From: Klebsiella phage N1M2
Strand: one strand, 5' to 3'
Sequence record: MN642089.1
Length of the DNA stretch: 64,000 nucleotides
Under the pieces are notes generated by a model, which worked only from the letters and a program-made list of their open reading frames with translations, did not search any database and was not told the DNA's origin. Shown here one piece after another: positions 16,901 to 25,369 of this stretch (positions within the stretch are counted from its first letter, which is position 1; each line of letters starts with the position of its first letter). Both the position numbers and the translations under genes were made by a program.

Positions 16901-19864
16901 TATAACCCTAACAACTACGAGACAGAACCTAACGCTGGTGTTGTTCCATGTGGGTTCTTGAAGAATGGAACATTTACTCATTACGACCCGGAAGGTTGGA
17001 GAAACGCATTACTCCCAGTTATTGATAGTTTAAGAATGAACTTTTATGGTTATGGTTCATCCTTCCCTGCCTTTATGGGTATTTATGGTGAAGGTAAACC
17101 AATTAACCGTTTCTTCTTGAACATCAAAGGGACTAAGTTGAAATGGGATACTGCGCAAGGTAGAGTAATACCTCTCAGTGGTTCCAACTCAATTAAAATC
17201 AACGATCAAGTTGTTCAGCCAAATGGTAGTGGGATTTATACAATACCTAATAACTATACTGGCGTATTGAACATTGAGATTTCAGGTTTGCTGGAATTGA
17301 AATGGGCTAAAGGTATGGTTGAATTGGTTGACATTGGTTCTAGTGTTAACAAGTTGAACTTTAAAGGTTCTACTGACTTCACTATCACTAGTGAATTACC
17401 TGGAAACATCGTCGATTTGGATTATGTCTTCGAAGGCGCTACCGGCTCTACTTATCCAGGTATCGAGAAATGGAATACGCAATACGTTCTGAGTATGGAA
17501 GGGACGTTTAAGAATACCGCCAACTTCAATGCCCCATTAGACTCATGGAACGTTAGTGGTTGTAAATCCATGAAAGAGATGTTCATGGGAACTAAGAAAT
17601 TTAATCAACCTATCAATAGTTGGGACGTATCCAATGTGACCACAATGGAATCTATGTTTGAAAACGCCGTGCTTTTCAATCAACCATTGAATAATTGGAA
17701 GTGCGAAAAACTCACTACCGCATCTAAAATGTTCAAAGGGACGATTTCATTTGATGGGGACATGACAGGCTGGTTAACAAAAACCACTTCTGATCTATCA
17801 GAGATGTTTATGAATACCCAGGCATTCACTGGGAAAAGCATTACCAAGTGGTATGTCCAATTTGTAACCGATGTCTCTAGTATGTTCAAAGGTTCCCAAA
17901 AGTTCATGACTAGCGGAGATTTGAGTTATTGGAGATTGGCTAGATGTAGTAATTTTAGTCGGATGTTTGAAGATTCTACTTTCAATGCCGCCGTTAACGG
18001 ATGGGTTTTTGGAAAGTTGTCTGATTGTAGTTATATGTTTAGCGGAACAACTAATTTTAACCGCCCACTTACACAATGGGAATTTGATAACGTTAAAATA
18101 GCCAAAGGAATGTTCCAACAATCTAAAGCTTTCAATCAGGACCTGAAAGATATTTTCTGGGTAAATTGTATTTCATTTAACTCGATGTTTTATGCCTCTA
18201 AGTTTAATGCCTCGGTTTCCGGCTGGATGTTCGCTAGAGAACAAGACCCGGCATCAAAAACAGGAATAGATATGAACTATATGTTCGCATTTACTTCTGA
18301 CTTTATAGGGGATGGATTGGAAACATGGAACACTGAATACGTGACAAGCATGGAAGGTATGTTTAAAAATTGCAACATCTTGGATAAAGACTTATCCATG
18401 TGGGATGTTTCTAAAGTTAAAAACATGGCCTATATGTTTACAGCTTGTAAAGTTTATAACCAATCGGTTAATGACTGGGATGTGAGTAATCTCCTGTACG
18501 CACGCTACATGTTCTCGGAAACAACCCTTTACAACCAGCCTATGGATAAATGGACTACTTCGTCACTCCAGACCATCCAAGGTATGTTCCGTGGCACTAA
18601 GGCATTCAACCAAGATATATCCATGTGGGATACTTCTAAAATTCGTGATATGTCAGAAGCATTTATGAAAGCTGAGAAGTTCAACTACGACTTATCTAGC
18701 TGGAATACTGATTCTGTAACCACGATGCGTGGAATGTTTGAAACCACAGGTGCGTTTGGTACCGGTGATAATAAGTTCTCACTGAGTAAATGGAATACCA
18801 CACAGGTTAGAGACGCGGGTAGAATGTTTGCTGAAAGTAAATATAATGCCAGTGTTGAAGGGTGCTCATGGAGTACTTCTGCTGACCTGACTGGGATGTT
18901 CCAGAATAACCCAGTGTTCAACCAGCCACTTACTGGTTGGGTAGTTAATAACGTTAGATACGTTAAGAATATGTTCTATGGAGCCACTTCCTTTAATAGT
19001 TCTCTTGAAGGACTAAACTGGGAAAAATGTGAAGACTTCAGTTCCATGTTTGAAGGCTGTACTTCCTTCAACCAAGACTTGGGATCTTGGCAGTTTAACA
19101 AATGGTTAAATGGATCTATTCTTTCATCCAACATGTTTAAGAACTGTTTCGCTTTCAAAGGGACCGGTCTTGAAAAATGGGATGGGCTTAACTTCACTAA
19201 CGTCGCTGGAATGTTTAACGGTTGTACCAAGTTTGCAGCAGACATTAGTGGTTGGAAAATCACTCGTATCACCAACTTGGTTAGTACATTTGAAGGATGT
19301 GCTTCGTTTAACTGTGACCTCACTAATTGGGATGTTTCCAAAGTAACATTGTTGACTTCTACCTTTAAAGGTTGTTCAATGTTTAATGGTGATATCAGTA
19401 ATTGGAATACTGGTCTCGTTACAGATATGAACGGAACATTCATGGATTGTACCAACTTCAAAGGTGACATTAGCAAGTGGAATGTTAGAAACGTTATCAG
19501 ATTTGTTGATACGTTCAATACAGCATCTTCATTCGCTGGTGATCTGTCTGGTTGGGATGTAACTACTTCCATTAACTTCTCTGGTATGTTTAAAGCCGCT
19601 GTATCGTTTAACTCTAATATCGGTAGCTGGAATACTGGACGTGCTGTTAATATGAATGACATGTTCAATGGTGCTGTTAAATTCAACCAACCTATCGGTG
19701 GGTGGAACACAAGTATCACTACTGACATGATTTCTATGTTCAATGGTGCATTGGCGTTCAACCAAGACTTGAGTAAGTGGGATGTTAAACGTGTTAACAA
19801 ACACGCTGACTTCGCTACGAACACTCCTTCTTGGGTTGCTCCAAAACCAAACTTTGTAGTATAA
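13967..19864 (+). CDS. tail fibre protein (1965 aa) with C-terminal DUF285/BspA-like repeat domain
   Basis: N-terminal 'AVHGETKETAGLGLKENWKMATPQE' fibre motif; last ~800 aa are ~30 tandem ~26-aa repeats 'FNQPL..WDVS.VT.M..MF'. Confidence 0.7.
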   Translation: MFVDPDKPLPPAGAKVDTLGSVLEAIIEIGNAKAVSTGDAVEFEKRITEALQETDKVIDGFRQDATNKIKEHTDKEGAVHGETKETAGLGLKENWKMATPQEHLDGESQESFCNPLGLAALVKRYMSIDPTNYIRSRLMPIASGGQLGNVPQWPFNWREGEVVESPLSSMDYYTQTPWQFSTDQGVRLYPSMNGSDILTQKRPDVGRARRAVTPWGGTDVRIYNSTLDIRRTRPGVLRAESNIEPNNQLLKGSPHLFDRHSVFYIENQDVKVRAFNKIRLPFDTLKNDGAFAKNWDGIVESRESTIYNPVITMQRGNLGAGESIYLSINLDLYSFTEHGTAAKDGPGNPAETVATLGDKYDTINWLVGNKKFVIYNRPNGAGKGIFLDLRSILNFTPAQLDGFWVNADHSHELHVAFTWLNRLKGEFAIRVPLGFYSKDRKYYINYYMDLSFKSKELGDGKTATITIDSLRDIDTNIQTLNDNFQVEPDGRFVEYPADVTNDIFHPRIFDGIFESQGGHIKTYTYYNRQYVGYYQHNVGGTKEWIANGDEIKPKLIKYNYGQISTLNQDGLYGDHLRHIPLGVTGDTVNYLTLTRDWSNTYRWGIVNAELDNKPVMYSSADHAYGPWRNTLIWVNPNYTRVPDFLVVNEENSSNFDVNCMVFNTQNEFKGYAQFSYSTADSQSTIEGVDPVEIDDQILSYIATFGGGWTKNHRQMFYFQNRLYFFSQCLSIPEWPADDVDCYYGWISGAYIDVTDGVKTIKINGNLKDQTVAKPLKVNNKKSATNDWNSVFGRDRFDSTDTYLMLMNRNGNVSKYKLMVNLAPHNNFYFEFELVVDAGNGTTTLQPDPSAIDPVFPYDPAKGYAVDYEAVSAYGTLVPHHMHVNFQSPVMMKKSLWSYRKTPGVYGVFSMSGKTTIVNGGLMNAIEGTNIYPMGSLLTIGGGNTLVKIPVDAKDSFYPASDELFVRQNGTILELYGRNYNPNNYETEPNAGVVPCGFLKNGTFTHYDPEGWRNALLPVIDSLRMNFYGYGSSFPAFMGIYGEGKPINRFFLNIKGTKLKWDTAQGRVIPLSGSNSIKINDQVVQPNGSGIYTIPNNYTGVLNIEISGLLELKWAKGMVELVDIGSSVNKLNFKGSTDFTITSELPGNIVDLDYVFEGATGSTYPGIEKWNTQYVLSMEGTFKNTANFNAPLDSWNVSGCKSMKEMFMGTKKFNQPINSWDVSNVTTMESMFENAVLFNQPLNNWKCEKLTTASKMFKGTISFDGDMTGWLTKTTSDLSEMFMNTQAFTGKSITKWYVQFVTDVSSMFKGSQKFMTSGDLSYWRLARCSNFSRMFEDSTFNAAVNGWVFGKLSDCSYMFSGTTNFNRPLTQWEFDNVKIAKGMFQQSKAFNQDLKDIFWVNCISFNSMFYASKFNASVSGWMFAREQDPASKTGIDMNYMFAFTSDFIGDGLETWNTEYVTSMEGMFKNCNILDKDLSMWDVSKVKNMAYMFTACKVYNQSVNDWDVSNLLYARYMFSETTLYNQPMDKWTTSSLQTIQGMFRGTKAFNQDISMWDTSKIRDMSEAFMKAEKFNYDLSSWNTDSVTTMRGMFETTGAFGTGDNKFSLSKWNTTQVRDAGRMFAESKYNASVEGCSWSTSADLTGMFQNNPVFNQPLTGWVVNNVRYVKNMFYGATSFNSSLEGLNWEKCEDFSSMFEGCTSFNQDLGSWQFNKWLNGSILSSNMFKNCFAFKGTGLEKWDGLNFTNVAGMFNGCTKFAADISGWKITRITNLVSTFEGCASFNCDLTNWDVSKVTLLTSTFKGCSMFNGDISNWNTGLVTDMNGTFMDCTNFKGDISKWNVRNVIRFVDTFNTASSFAGDLSGWDVTTSINFSGMFKAAVSFNSNIGSWNTGRAVNMNDMFNGAVKFNQPIGGWNTSITTDMISMFNGALAFNQDLSKWDVKRVNKHADFATNTPSWVAPKPNFVV
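17460..19800 (+). repeat. coding tandem repeat array (~30 x ~26-aa DUF285/BspA-type LRR units) inside fibre gene
   Basis: Periodic FNQ(P/D)L / W(D/N)VS / MF motif read directly from translation. Confidence 0.7.
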
Positions 19865-19874
19865 ACCATAAACT

Positions 19875-19903
19875 CCCTACCCTTCCTTTCGGAGGGGTAG
19901 GGG
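19875..19903. terminator. bidirectional terminator
   Basis: 'ccctaccc'...'gggtaggg' between convergent fibre and spike genes; same arm sequence as 3509-3541. Confidence 0.65.
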
Positions 19904-19914
19904 TTATGTTTACT

Positions 19915-20910
19915 TTATTGCGGTCCGGCAGAAGTATCACCACCAGATTTAACACCACCGTGTCTGTGACCAAGATAGGAAATCCCACCAATAGTCCAGT
20001 CACCTTCAGATGTACCAGTACCACCTTTCTGACTAAATCCACCATCAAGAGATTGATTACCTTTAATGGTGTAATTACCAGTCTGTTCGTAGTTACCGGT
20101 TTGCTTAGTGTTACCTTTGTGTGTGATGTCGCCTTCTATCATAATTGTTGGAGACTTCCAAGTAGTTGTCTGTGTTTCAATTGCGATAGAGTTATCAGCT
20201 TTGATCTTCAAATCTTTACACTGAAGATCTACATTGTTTTTGCCCTTTAACAACATACTGTCTTCACAGGACATTGTGATATTCTTTTTCTCAATATTCA
20301 AGAATGATTTTTCTTCATTGATAAATGAGAAGGCATGATCCATAGAGTTAATAGAAAGAATATTATTCTCACCATCCACTATACCAAATTGACCATTCCC
20401 TGTATCGAGAGAAAGACAATATGAAGTAGGTTCCCCATTACCTTGACCAGTAACTAACTGGATCATTTTTTTATGGGAAGATATCATGAATATGTAGTAG
20501 TTATCCGGTGTTACTGGGGTATTCGCATCAACATTGGGAGAAGAGGAAAATGCATAAATAACAGTTTCAAGTCTGAGGGTTCCGTCCATACCGAAATAAG
20601 TCCAACGGTATTTAGACTGACCCACAAACTTATAGACAACTACCTTACTACCATTTCTAACATCGGGTGCTGTCACACGGTTCGTATTCAAAGCCAACCA
20701 TGTCGCAGGAACTGTGTTAGAACTTAAAGTTGTACTGGAGCTGGTATCTCCTGTAGGTGTTCTGGTTGTTACGGTTTGTGTTTGGGTTTGGGTCGTGACC
20801 TCACCATCACCCTCAGGAAACATTGATGGGATATAAACTTGTATCTCATCAGTATTAGTTTCCTTATCCATAGCAACAATGCCGACACCCAGGCATTCTA
20901 ATACATTCAT
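19915..20910 (-). CDS. baseplate central spike (P2 gpV / phi92 gp138-like)
   Basis: 331 aa; Thr/Gln-rich linker then Gly-rich beta-helix-type repeats ending 'GGISYLGHRHGGVKSGG' (HxH apex motif as in iron-binding phage spikes). Confidence 0.5.
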   Translation of the reverse strand: MNVLECLGVGIVAMDKETNTDEIQVYIPSMFPEGDGEVTTQTQTQTVTTRTPTGDTSSSTTLSSNTVPATWLALNTNRVTAPDVRNGSKVVVYKFVGQSKYRWTYFGMDGTLRLETVIYAFSSSPNVDANTPVTPDNYYIFMISSHKKMIQLVTGQGNGEPTSYCLSLDTGNGQFGIVDGENNILSINSMDHAFSFINEEKSFLNIEKKNITMSCEDSMLLKGKNNVDLQCKDLKIKADNSIAIETQTTTWKSPTIMIEGDITHKGNTKQTGNYEQTGNYTIKGNQSLDGGFSQKGGTGTSEGDWTIGGISYLGHRHGGVKSGGDTSAGPQ

Positions 20911-20931
20911 ATTTGACCCTTTGAGGTTTCA

Positions 20932-23412
20932 ATGATTACTAAGCTAATTATTAAGAACAATGCGGCGTTATCTAAAAAGGGTGCAACGTACCTAGAGTTA
21001 GATACTAAAGATGTATTTAACATCATAGTGGGTAGAAACGGTTTTGGTAAAACCACCTTGATGGGTGAACTTACCATGCTTCCACCGGATAACGCAGATT
21101 ATTTACCAGGCGGTTATAAAGAAGTACATGCAGTAGTTGGTAAAGATACTTACATCGTTAAATCGACGACAGGTAAGTCCTCTGAACACTTCTTTATCCA
21201 TAATGGAAAAAACCTTAATGAAGGTAACACATTATTGGTTCAACGTGAATTAGTCAAGATTCACTTTGGTGTAACTCCGTTTATCAAGGACGTCATTACC
21301 GGTTTAGATGTGCGTAATCTATTCACCACATTATCAGCACCTAAGCGTAAAGATTTCTTAATGACAGTTAACCCAAATGACACCTCTTATGCTTTAAAGA
21401 TTCATGACAAGTTGAAGTCGAATCTTAATGCACTTAAAGGTGGGTTAAAAACTCAACGTCAGCGTTTAGCTGTTGAAGAAGGTCGTTTGGTACAACTGGC
21501 TTCTATGGATCCTGCAAAGCTCCAAGAAGAGATCAGGGTGATGGACGATCAGATTAAAAATGCTTTAATCATTCACGGTACTTTACAGAACGTTCAACGT
21601 AATGAGTTAACAGGACTTAAGAATGACATTGCAAATATCATTTCATTTTTAATGTCCTCTCATACTCAAGTTAAGCATTCCAAACCTACCTTACTAAAGT
21701 TAAAGATCCAATCAGAGTCCACGCTTGATTATTACAAAACTCGTGAAATCAAGTTAAGTTCTTTGTTGGGTGAATTAGCAAGTCAGTTATCTGGTTTGGA
21801 TTTGGCTAACAACAACCTGGAGACTTATCGTTCTCGCTTAGAACTGAATAACAGGGCTATTGAGATTAACAGGGAAGAACTTCATGCTTTAACACGCAAG
21901 TATGAAGAACATGAGCTGTTTAAGGGAGTCTATAACGATCCTGATTTCCAGGCTTCTGCTTCTGAGTTAGTTAACTATCTTCACGGTGTTAATAAGACCA
22001 ATGACCAGTCAATCACTTCTACGATTTACCAGTCTAAGCAGGAGAGAGCCAGAGAACTCGATAATGAACTTCAAGGGATTCGTCGTAAACTGTCAGATAT
22101 CCAACATCAGTTAGATCATTTTGAGAAAGCTGATTCAGTTGAGTGTCCTAAGTGTACAACTCGTTTCAAAGTTGGGATGGAGAAAGTTAATCCCCAACAA
22201 ATAAGAAATGAAGGAAACATCTTACAGGAACGTAAAGATGTGGTTGAGAAGGAACTGAAAGTTATTTCTGAATGGTTGGAAGATAACCAAGGTTGGTATG
22301 AGTCAATGGGATCTTTGACTCGTTATGCACGTCGTTTCTATAACCCACAGTTAATCATCAGCATGATTTCTGAGTATCGTATCGGTAAAGCTGATATTAG
22401 CATTCTTATCGATCTTATTCGGAGCACTGTGAATTATGGCGAGATCTCGAAAACACTTTCTGTCCTCGAAGAGGAAAATCAGAATGTCGAGAAGCAGATT
22501 AAATTTCTGGAGAGCAGTGATGTTGAAACATTGTTCAAAAGGGCACAGTTTGTGGAACGTGAGTTGGGCTCAGTCCAACGTTCGGTTCGCCGAGTGCTCA
22601 ATGAAATCAATGACTACGACATGCAACTCGATATCATCGAACTCGATGTCCAGAAAAGAGATCGACTTGGTTACCTGATTCAAGAACTGGAAGATAAGTT
22701 AATCGAGAACGGACAATGGCGTATTAAGGTAAGAGTAGAAGAGATCATCCAGGATTTAACCCCTCGTAAAGATCAGCTCATCTCTAACTTGATTCGTTCA
22801 GAATCGCTTAACTCAGTTATCGAATCTATCAAAGAAAATATCGCAGATATGGAACGCCGTGAAAAGCACACTGCTTTGTTACTCGATGGACTATCACCTG
22901 TTAAGGGATTGATTGGTTATTTGATGAATGACTTTCTTAAGTCAGTTGTTGCTAACGTCAACGCTATCATTCAACCTATCTGGACAAACCGTTTACACGT
23001 ACTCAACTGCTCCACCAGTAAAACAGAAGAAGATGTAGATTTAAATTACAGCTTCCCTGTACTTACTGGTTCATCTGATAAACCTAATAAGGATATTGGT
23101 AACTGTAGTGGCGGTGAACGTGAGATCATTAACTTTGCATTCCGTTTAGTCTTACACCGTTATCTTGGAAAACGAACTTGTCTTCCTTTGATGATGGATG
23201 AAGTGGGTGTTGCATTTGATGAACTTCACCGTGGGCGATTCAATGCATATATAGCCGAACAAATCAGACTGGATAAACTACCCCAGACATTTATGATTTC
23301 CCATAGTCATAAAGAGATCTGTTCAGCTGTTCAAACAGCAAACTTCATAGCCTTGAACACTGAAGGTTTGAGACTTGGTTTTGAAATGAACAAGAAGTCA
23401 GTTATTCGTTAA
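20932..23412 (+). CDS. Rad50/SbcC/T4 gp46-like SMC-family ATPase
   Basis: Walker A 'IVGRNGFGKTTL' at N-terminus, ~600 aa coiled-coil with central 'CPKC' (zinc-hook-like), C-terminal ABC signature 'NCSGGEREI' and D-loop 'LMMDEVGVAFD'. Confidence 0.65.
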   Translation: MITKLIIKNNAALSKKGATYLELDTKDVFNIIVGRNGFGKTTLMGELTMLPPDNADYLPGGYKEVHAVVGKDTYIVKSTTGKSSEHFFIHNGKNLNEGNTLLVQRELVKIHFGVTPFIKDVITGLDVRNLFTTLSAPKRKDFLMTVNPNDTSYALKIHDKLKSNLNALKGGLKTQRQRLAVEEGRLVQLASMDPAKLQEEIRVMDDQIKNALIIHGTLQNVQRNELTGLKNDIANIISFLMSSHTQVKHSKPTLLKLKIQSESTLDYYKTREIKLSSLLGELASQLSGLDLANNNLETYRSRLELNNRAIEINREELHALTRKYEEHELFKGVYNDPDFQASASELVNYLHGVNKTNDQSITSTIYQSKQERARELDNELQGIRRKLSDIQHQLDHFEKADSVECPKCTTRFKVGMEKVNPQQIRNEGNILQERKDVVEKELKVISEWLEDNQGWYESMGSLTRYARRFYNPQLIISMISEYRIGKADISILIDLIRSTVNYGEISKTLSVLEEENQNVEKQIKFLESSDVETLFKRAQFVERELGSVQRSVRRVLNEINDYDMQLDIIELDVQKRDRLGYLIQELEDKLIENGQWRIKVRVEEIIQDLTPRKDQLISNLIRSESLNSVIESIKENIADMERREKHTALLLDGLSPVKGLIGYLMNDFLKSVVANVNAIIQPIWTNRLHVLNCSTSKTEEDVDLNYSFPVLTGSSDKPNKDIGNCSGGEREIINFAFRLVLHRYLGKRTCLPLMMDEVGVAFDELHRGRFNAYIAEQIRLDKLPQTFMISHSHKEICSAVQTANFIALNTEGLRLGFEMNKKSVIR

Positions 23413-23430
23413 CCCCGGAAACGGGGTTTT
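23413..23430 (+). terminator. hairpin terminator
   Basis: 'ccccg'-gaaa-'cgggg'-tttt. Confidence 0.65.
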
Positions 23431-23450
23431 ATTCATTAAGGAATTTAATC

Positions 23451-24008
23451 ATGAAAAAGCTTTTCCCACTCGCCAATAAAGAAACTCGTTCTCTGTTCGT
23501 TCACCCATCCATTTGTCAGGCATGGGAAATTGGTAGCGAGCATGAAGGTTATGGCCCAGAGCACGAAACCAGTTTCCTGAAACCTGGATTGGTTCCTAAC
23601 CTGGCTAAGCTGTGTAAACCTGATAATGTTTACTTCACGGTAACCGAGGAACCTAATCCAGATACCATGACCATTGATGAACTCCTTATCGGGATCAAAG
23701 ATAAAGAAGGATTCTGGCATAATGTAACACTGTCCAACCTGGAAGTTAAGTTAGAACGTCTTAATGCAGCTCAGTGGGGCATTGATGGCGTTGTTTCTGT
23801 TCCAGTAGATGAAGACCTCACTTGCCGATATGATGGTACCTATATCCATTTGGGCGAAACCAAAGTTATCAACGTTCCTATCAAACTTCGTTATGACCGT
23901 GCTACTCGTGCTCTGTCTTTCTCCAGTCCTATCAGTTATGACGTCGAAGGAATGGAACTTTTAGGTATGGTTCTCGATATTGACTGGCGTGACGCTAAAT
24001 CAGTATAA
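23451..24008 (+). CDS. hypothetical protein (185 aa)
   Basis: RBS 'taaggaatttaatcATG'; own terminator; no phosphoesterase motifs. Confidence 0.5.
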   Translation: MKKLFPLANKETRSLFVHPSICQAWEIGSEHEGYGPEHETSFLKPGLVPNLAKLCKPDNVYFTVTEEPNPDTMTIDELLIGIKDKEGFWHNVTLSNLEVKLERLNAAQWGIDGVVSVPVDEDLTCRYDGTYIHLGETKVINVPIKLRYDRATRALSFSSPISYDVEGMELLGMVLDIDWRDAKSV

Positions 24009-24018
24009 TACATGATAC

Positions 24019-24058
24019 CCCTCAGACTTCCTAGGTGAAAGCCTAAGAGGTCTGAGGG
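24019..24058 (+). terminator. hairpin terminator
   Basis: 'ccctcagac'...'gtctgaggg'-ttt. Confidence 0.6.
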
Positions 24059-24149
24059 TTTGGTAATATGATTTATTGTTTGTTTCAATACTTTGCTAAC
24101 ACACAGCGTATACGCCGTCTAACAACGGTTGTATAACTTTATTACTGTC

Positions 24150-24225
24150 ACATATTTTCAGGCAGATATTATCATTATGTAAAAGTAAAACTTTTATTCT
24201 TTTTAACAACTTATAGGTAATAAAA
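24150..24225 (+). promoter_or_regulatory. conserved promoter/5'-leader module (copy 1 of 3)
   Basis: 'gcagatattatca..tgtaaaag..ttttt..aacttatag' ~60 nt upstream of ATG; TATTAT -10-like hexamer. Confidence 0.45.
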
Positions 24226-25035
24226 ATGAACAGTAAGACCCAGACCAACCTAATGAGTATCTTTTTATTACTCATGTCACTTGTATGGATCTCCACTGTT
24301 TCGACTGCATATGCATCCGTCGGAGCTAATCCAAACGAGTACACTACCAAAATAGTGATGAAACGTTTTGATGGTTTGAAGGAGCATCTCTATGAAGCTT
24401 CTAAAGTAAGTGGGATGGATATGGCTGACTTAGTCGCTATATCGAGTATCGAATCCACCTTACGTACCAATACCCGTTCAAAGTTTTCAAGTGCATCCGG
24501 TGTAATGCAATACACCCGTTCAACTTGGAAACAAGATCGTAAGTTGTATGCTAAACAACTAGGTCTTTCAGAATCGGCTAATGTTTTAAATCCAAGAGCT
24601 AATCTCTTGATCGGTGCCACATCGCTAAACAACCTTAAGCAATTCCTCATAGAAAAATCACACTTGACCGACAAAACTGTCCGTGTAGGTGATCTTTATA
24701 TGAGCCATTTGGTTGGGGCCAACGGTGCACTAGCTGTTATTAACTCTAACAGCAACAAACCAATCAATAAGATCTTAAGAGTTACTAAAGGTAATTATTC
24801 CATGTACTACAAGCCGAATGGTCAGATTCGTACTGCCCGTGAATTCCGCTCTTATATGGATTACCTTGTAAAACGTGAACGCAGCTTCTATGAAAAAGAA
24901 GTAAGACGTTTCCAGATTGCCAAAGTAACTGCCCCTATTATTCGTCCGATCGAAGAAAACTTGTGGGGTAAGCAGTTAGCCATAGCTATCGCAAACACCA
25001 CTAAGTATGTCGGATATAACGATTTAAATAGTTAA
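24226..25035 (+). CDS. secreted lytic transglycosylase (SLT domain)
   Basis: Signal peptide 'MNSKTQTNLMSIFLLLMSLVWISTVSTAYA'; SLT core 'AISSIESTLR...ASGVMQYTRSTW'. Confidence 0.7.
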   Translation: MNSKTQTNLMSIFLLLMSLVWISTVSTAYASVGANPNEYTTKIVMKRFDGLKEHLYEASKVSGMDMADLVAISSIESTLRTNTRSKFSSASGVMQYTRSTWKQDRKLYAKQLGLSESANVLNPRANLLIGATSLNNLKQFLIEKSHLTDKTVRVGDLYMSHLVGANGALAVINSNSNKPINKILRVTKGNYSMYYKPNGQIRTAREFRSYMDYLVKRERSFYEKEVRRFQIAKVTAPIIRPIEENLWGKQLAIAIANTTKYVGYNDLNS

Positions 25036-25057
25036 TATCTACGCACGTGATGATGTT

Positions 25058-25360
25058 GTGATAGGAACAATAATTTTCACAACGAGAACAGTTCACATGA
25101 ATACTAAACAAATTCACTGTCTTTGTGATCAGCAACTTGTGCTGACACCTTCGATGGTTCAAGGTCCGAATAGCATTATCGTTAATGTCCAATACCAACA
25201 AACTCAAGCTTCTGGTAAAACAGCAGTTGTTAGTTGGGGTGGTGGAGTAAGAGCATTCATTACTTTTGATCCCACTGGCAATCAGGTGCTTAGTTACACT
25301 CTGGCTGTTCAGGACTACGCCACACAACAATCGATTGAAAACATCATCAGTGCACTTTAA
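25058..25360 (+). CDS. hypothetical protein (100 aa; alternative start 25097)
   Basis: ORF followed by strong 14-bp-stem terminator; weak RBS. Confidence 0.4.
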   Translation: MIGTIIFTTRTVHMNTKQIHCLCDQQLVLTPSMVQGPNSIIVNVQYQQTQASGKTAVVSWGGGVRAFITFDPTGNQVLSYTLAVQDYATQQSIENIISAL

Positions 25361-25369
25361 TATGAAAAC

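Noticed and set aside
18976-19869. 297-aa ORF on the minus strand
   Set aside because: Lies entirely antisense to the DUF285 repeat region of the fibre gene. The repeats are stop-poor in several frames. There is no RBS, and the product is a low-complexity mirror of the repeats.
23451-24008. 185-aa protein as Mre11/SbcD or HNH partner of the Rad50-like ATPase
   Set aside because: No GDxHD/GNHD phosphoesterase motifs or Cys-knuckle HNH signature. Kept as a hypothetical.
24009-24225. tRNA or small RNA gene in the longest intergenic regions (also 33000-33131, 42577-42703, 47413-47754)
   Set aside because: No cloverleaf-compatible arms and no GTTCGAAT-type T-loop. These regions are explained by terminators plus promoter/leader modules. 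No CRISPR-like repeat-spacer periodicity was seen anywhere.
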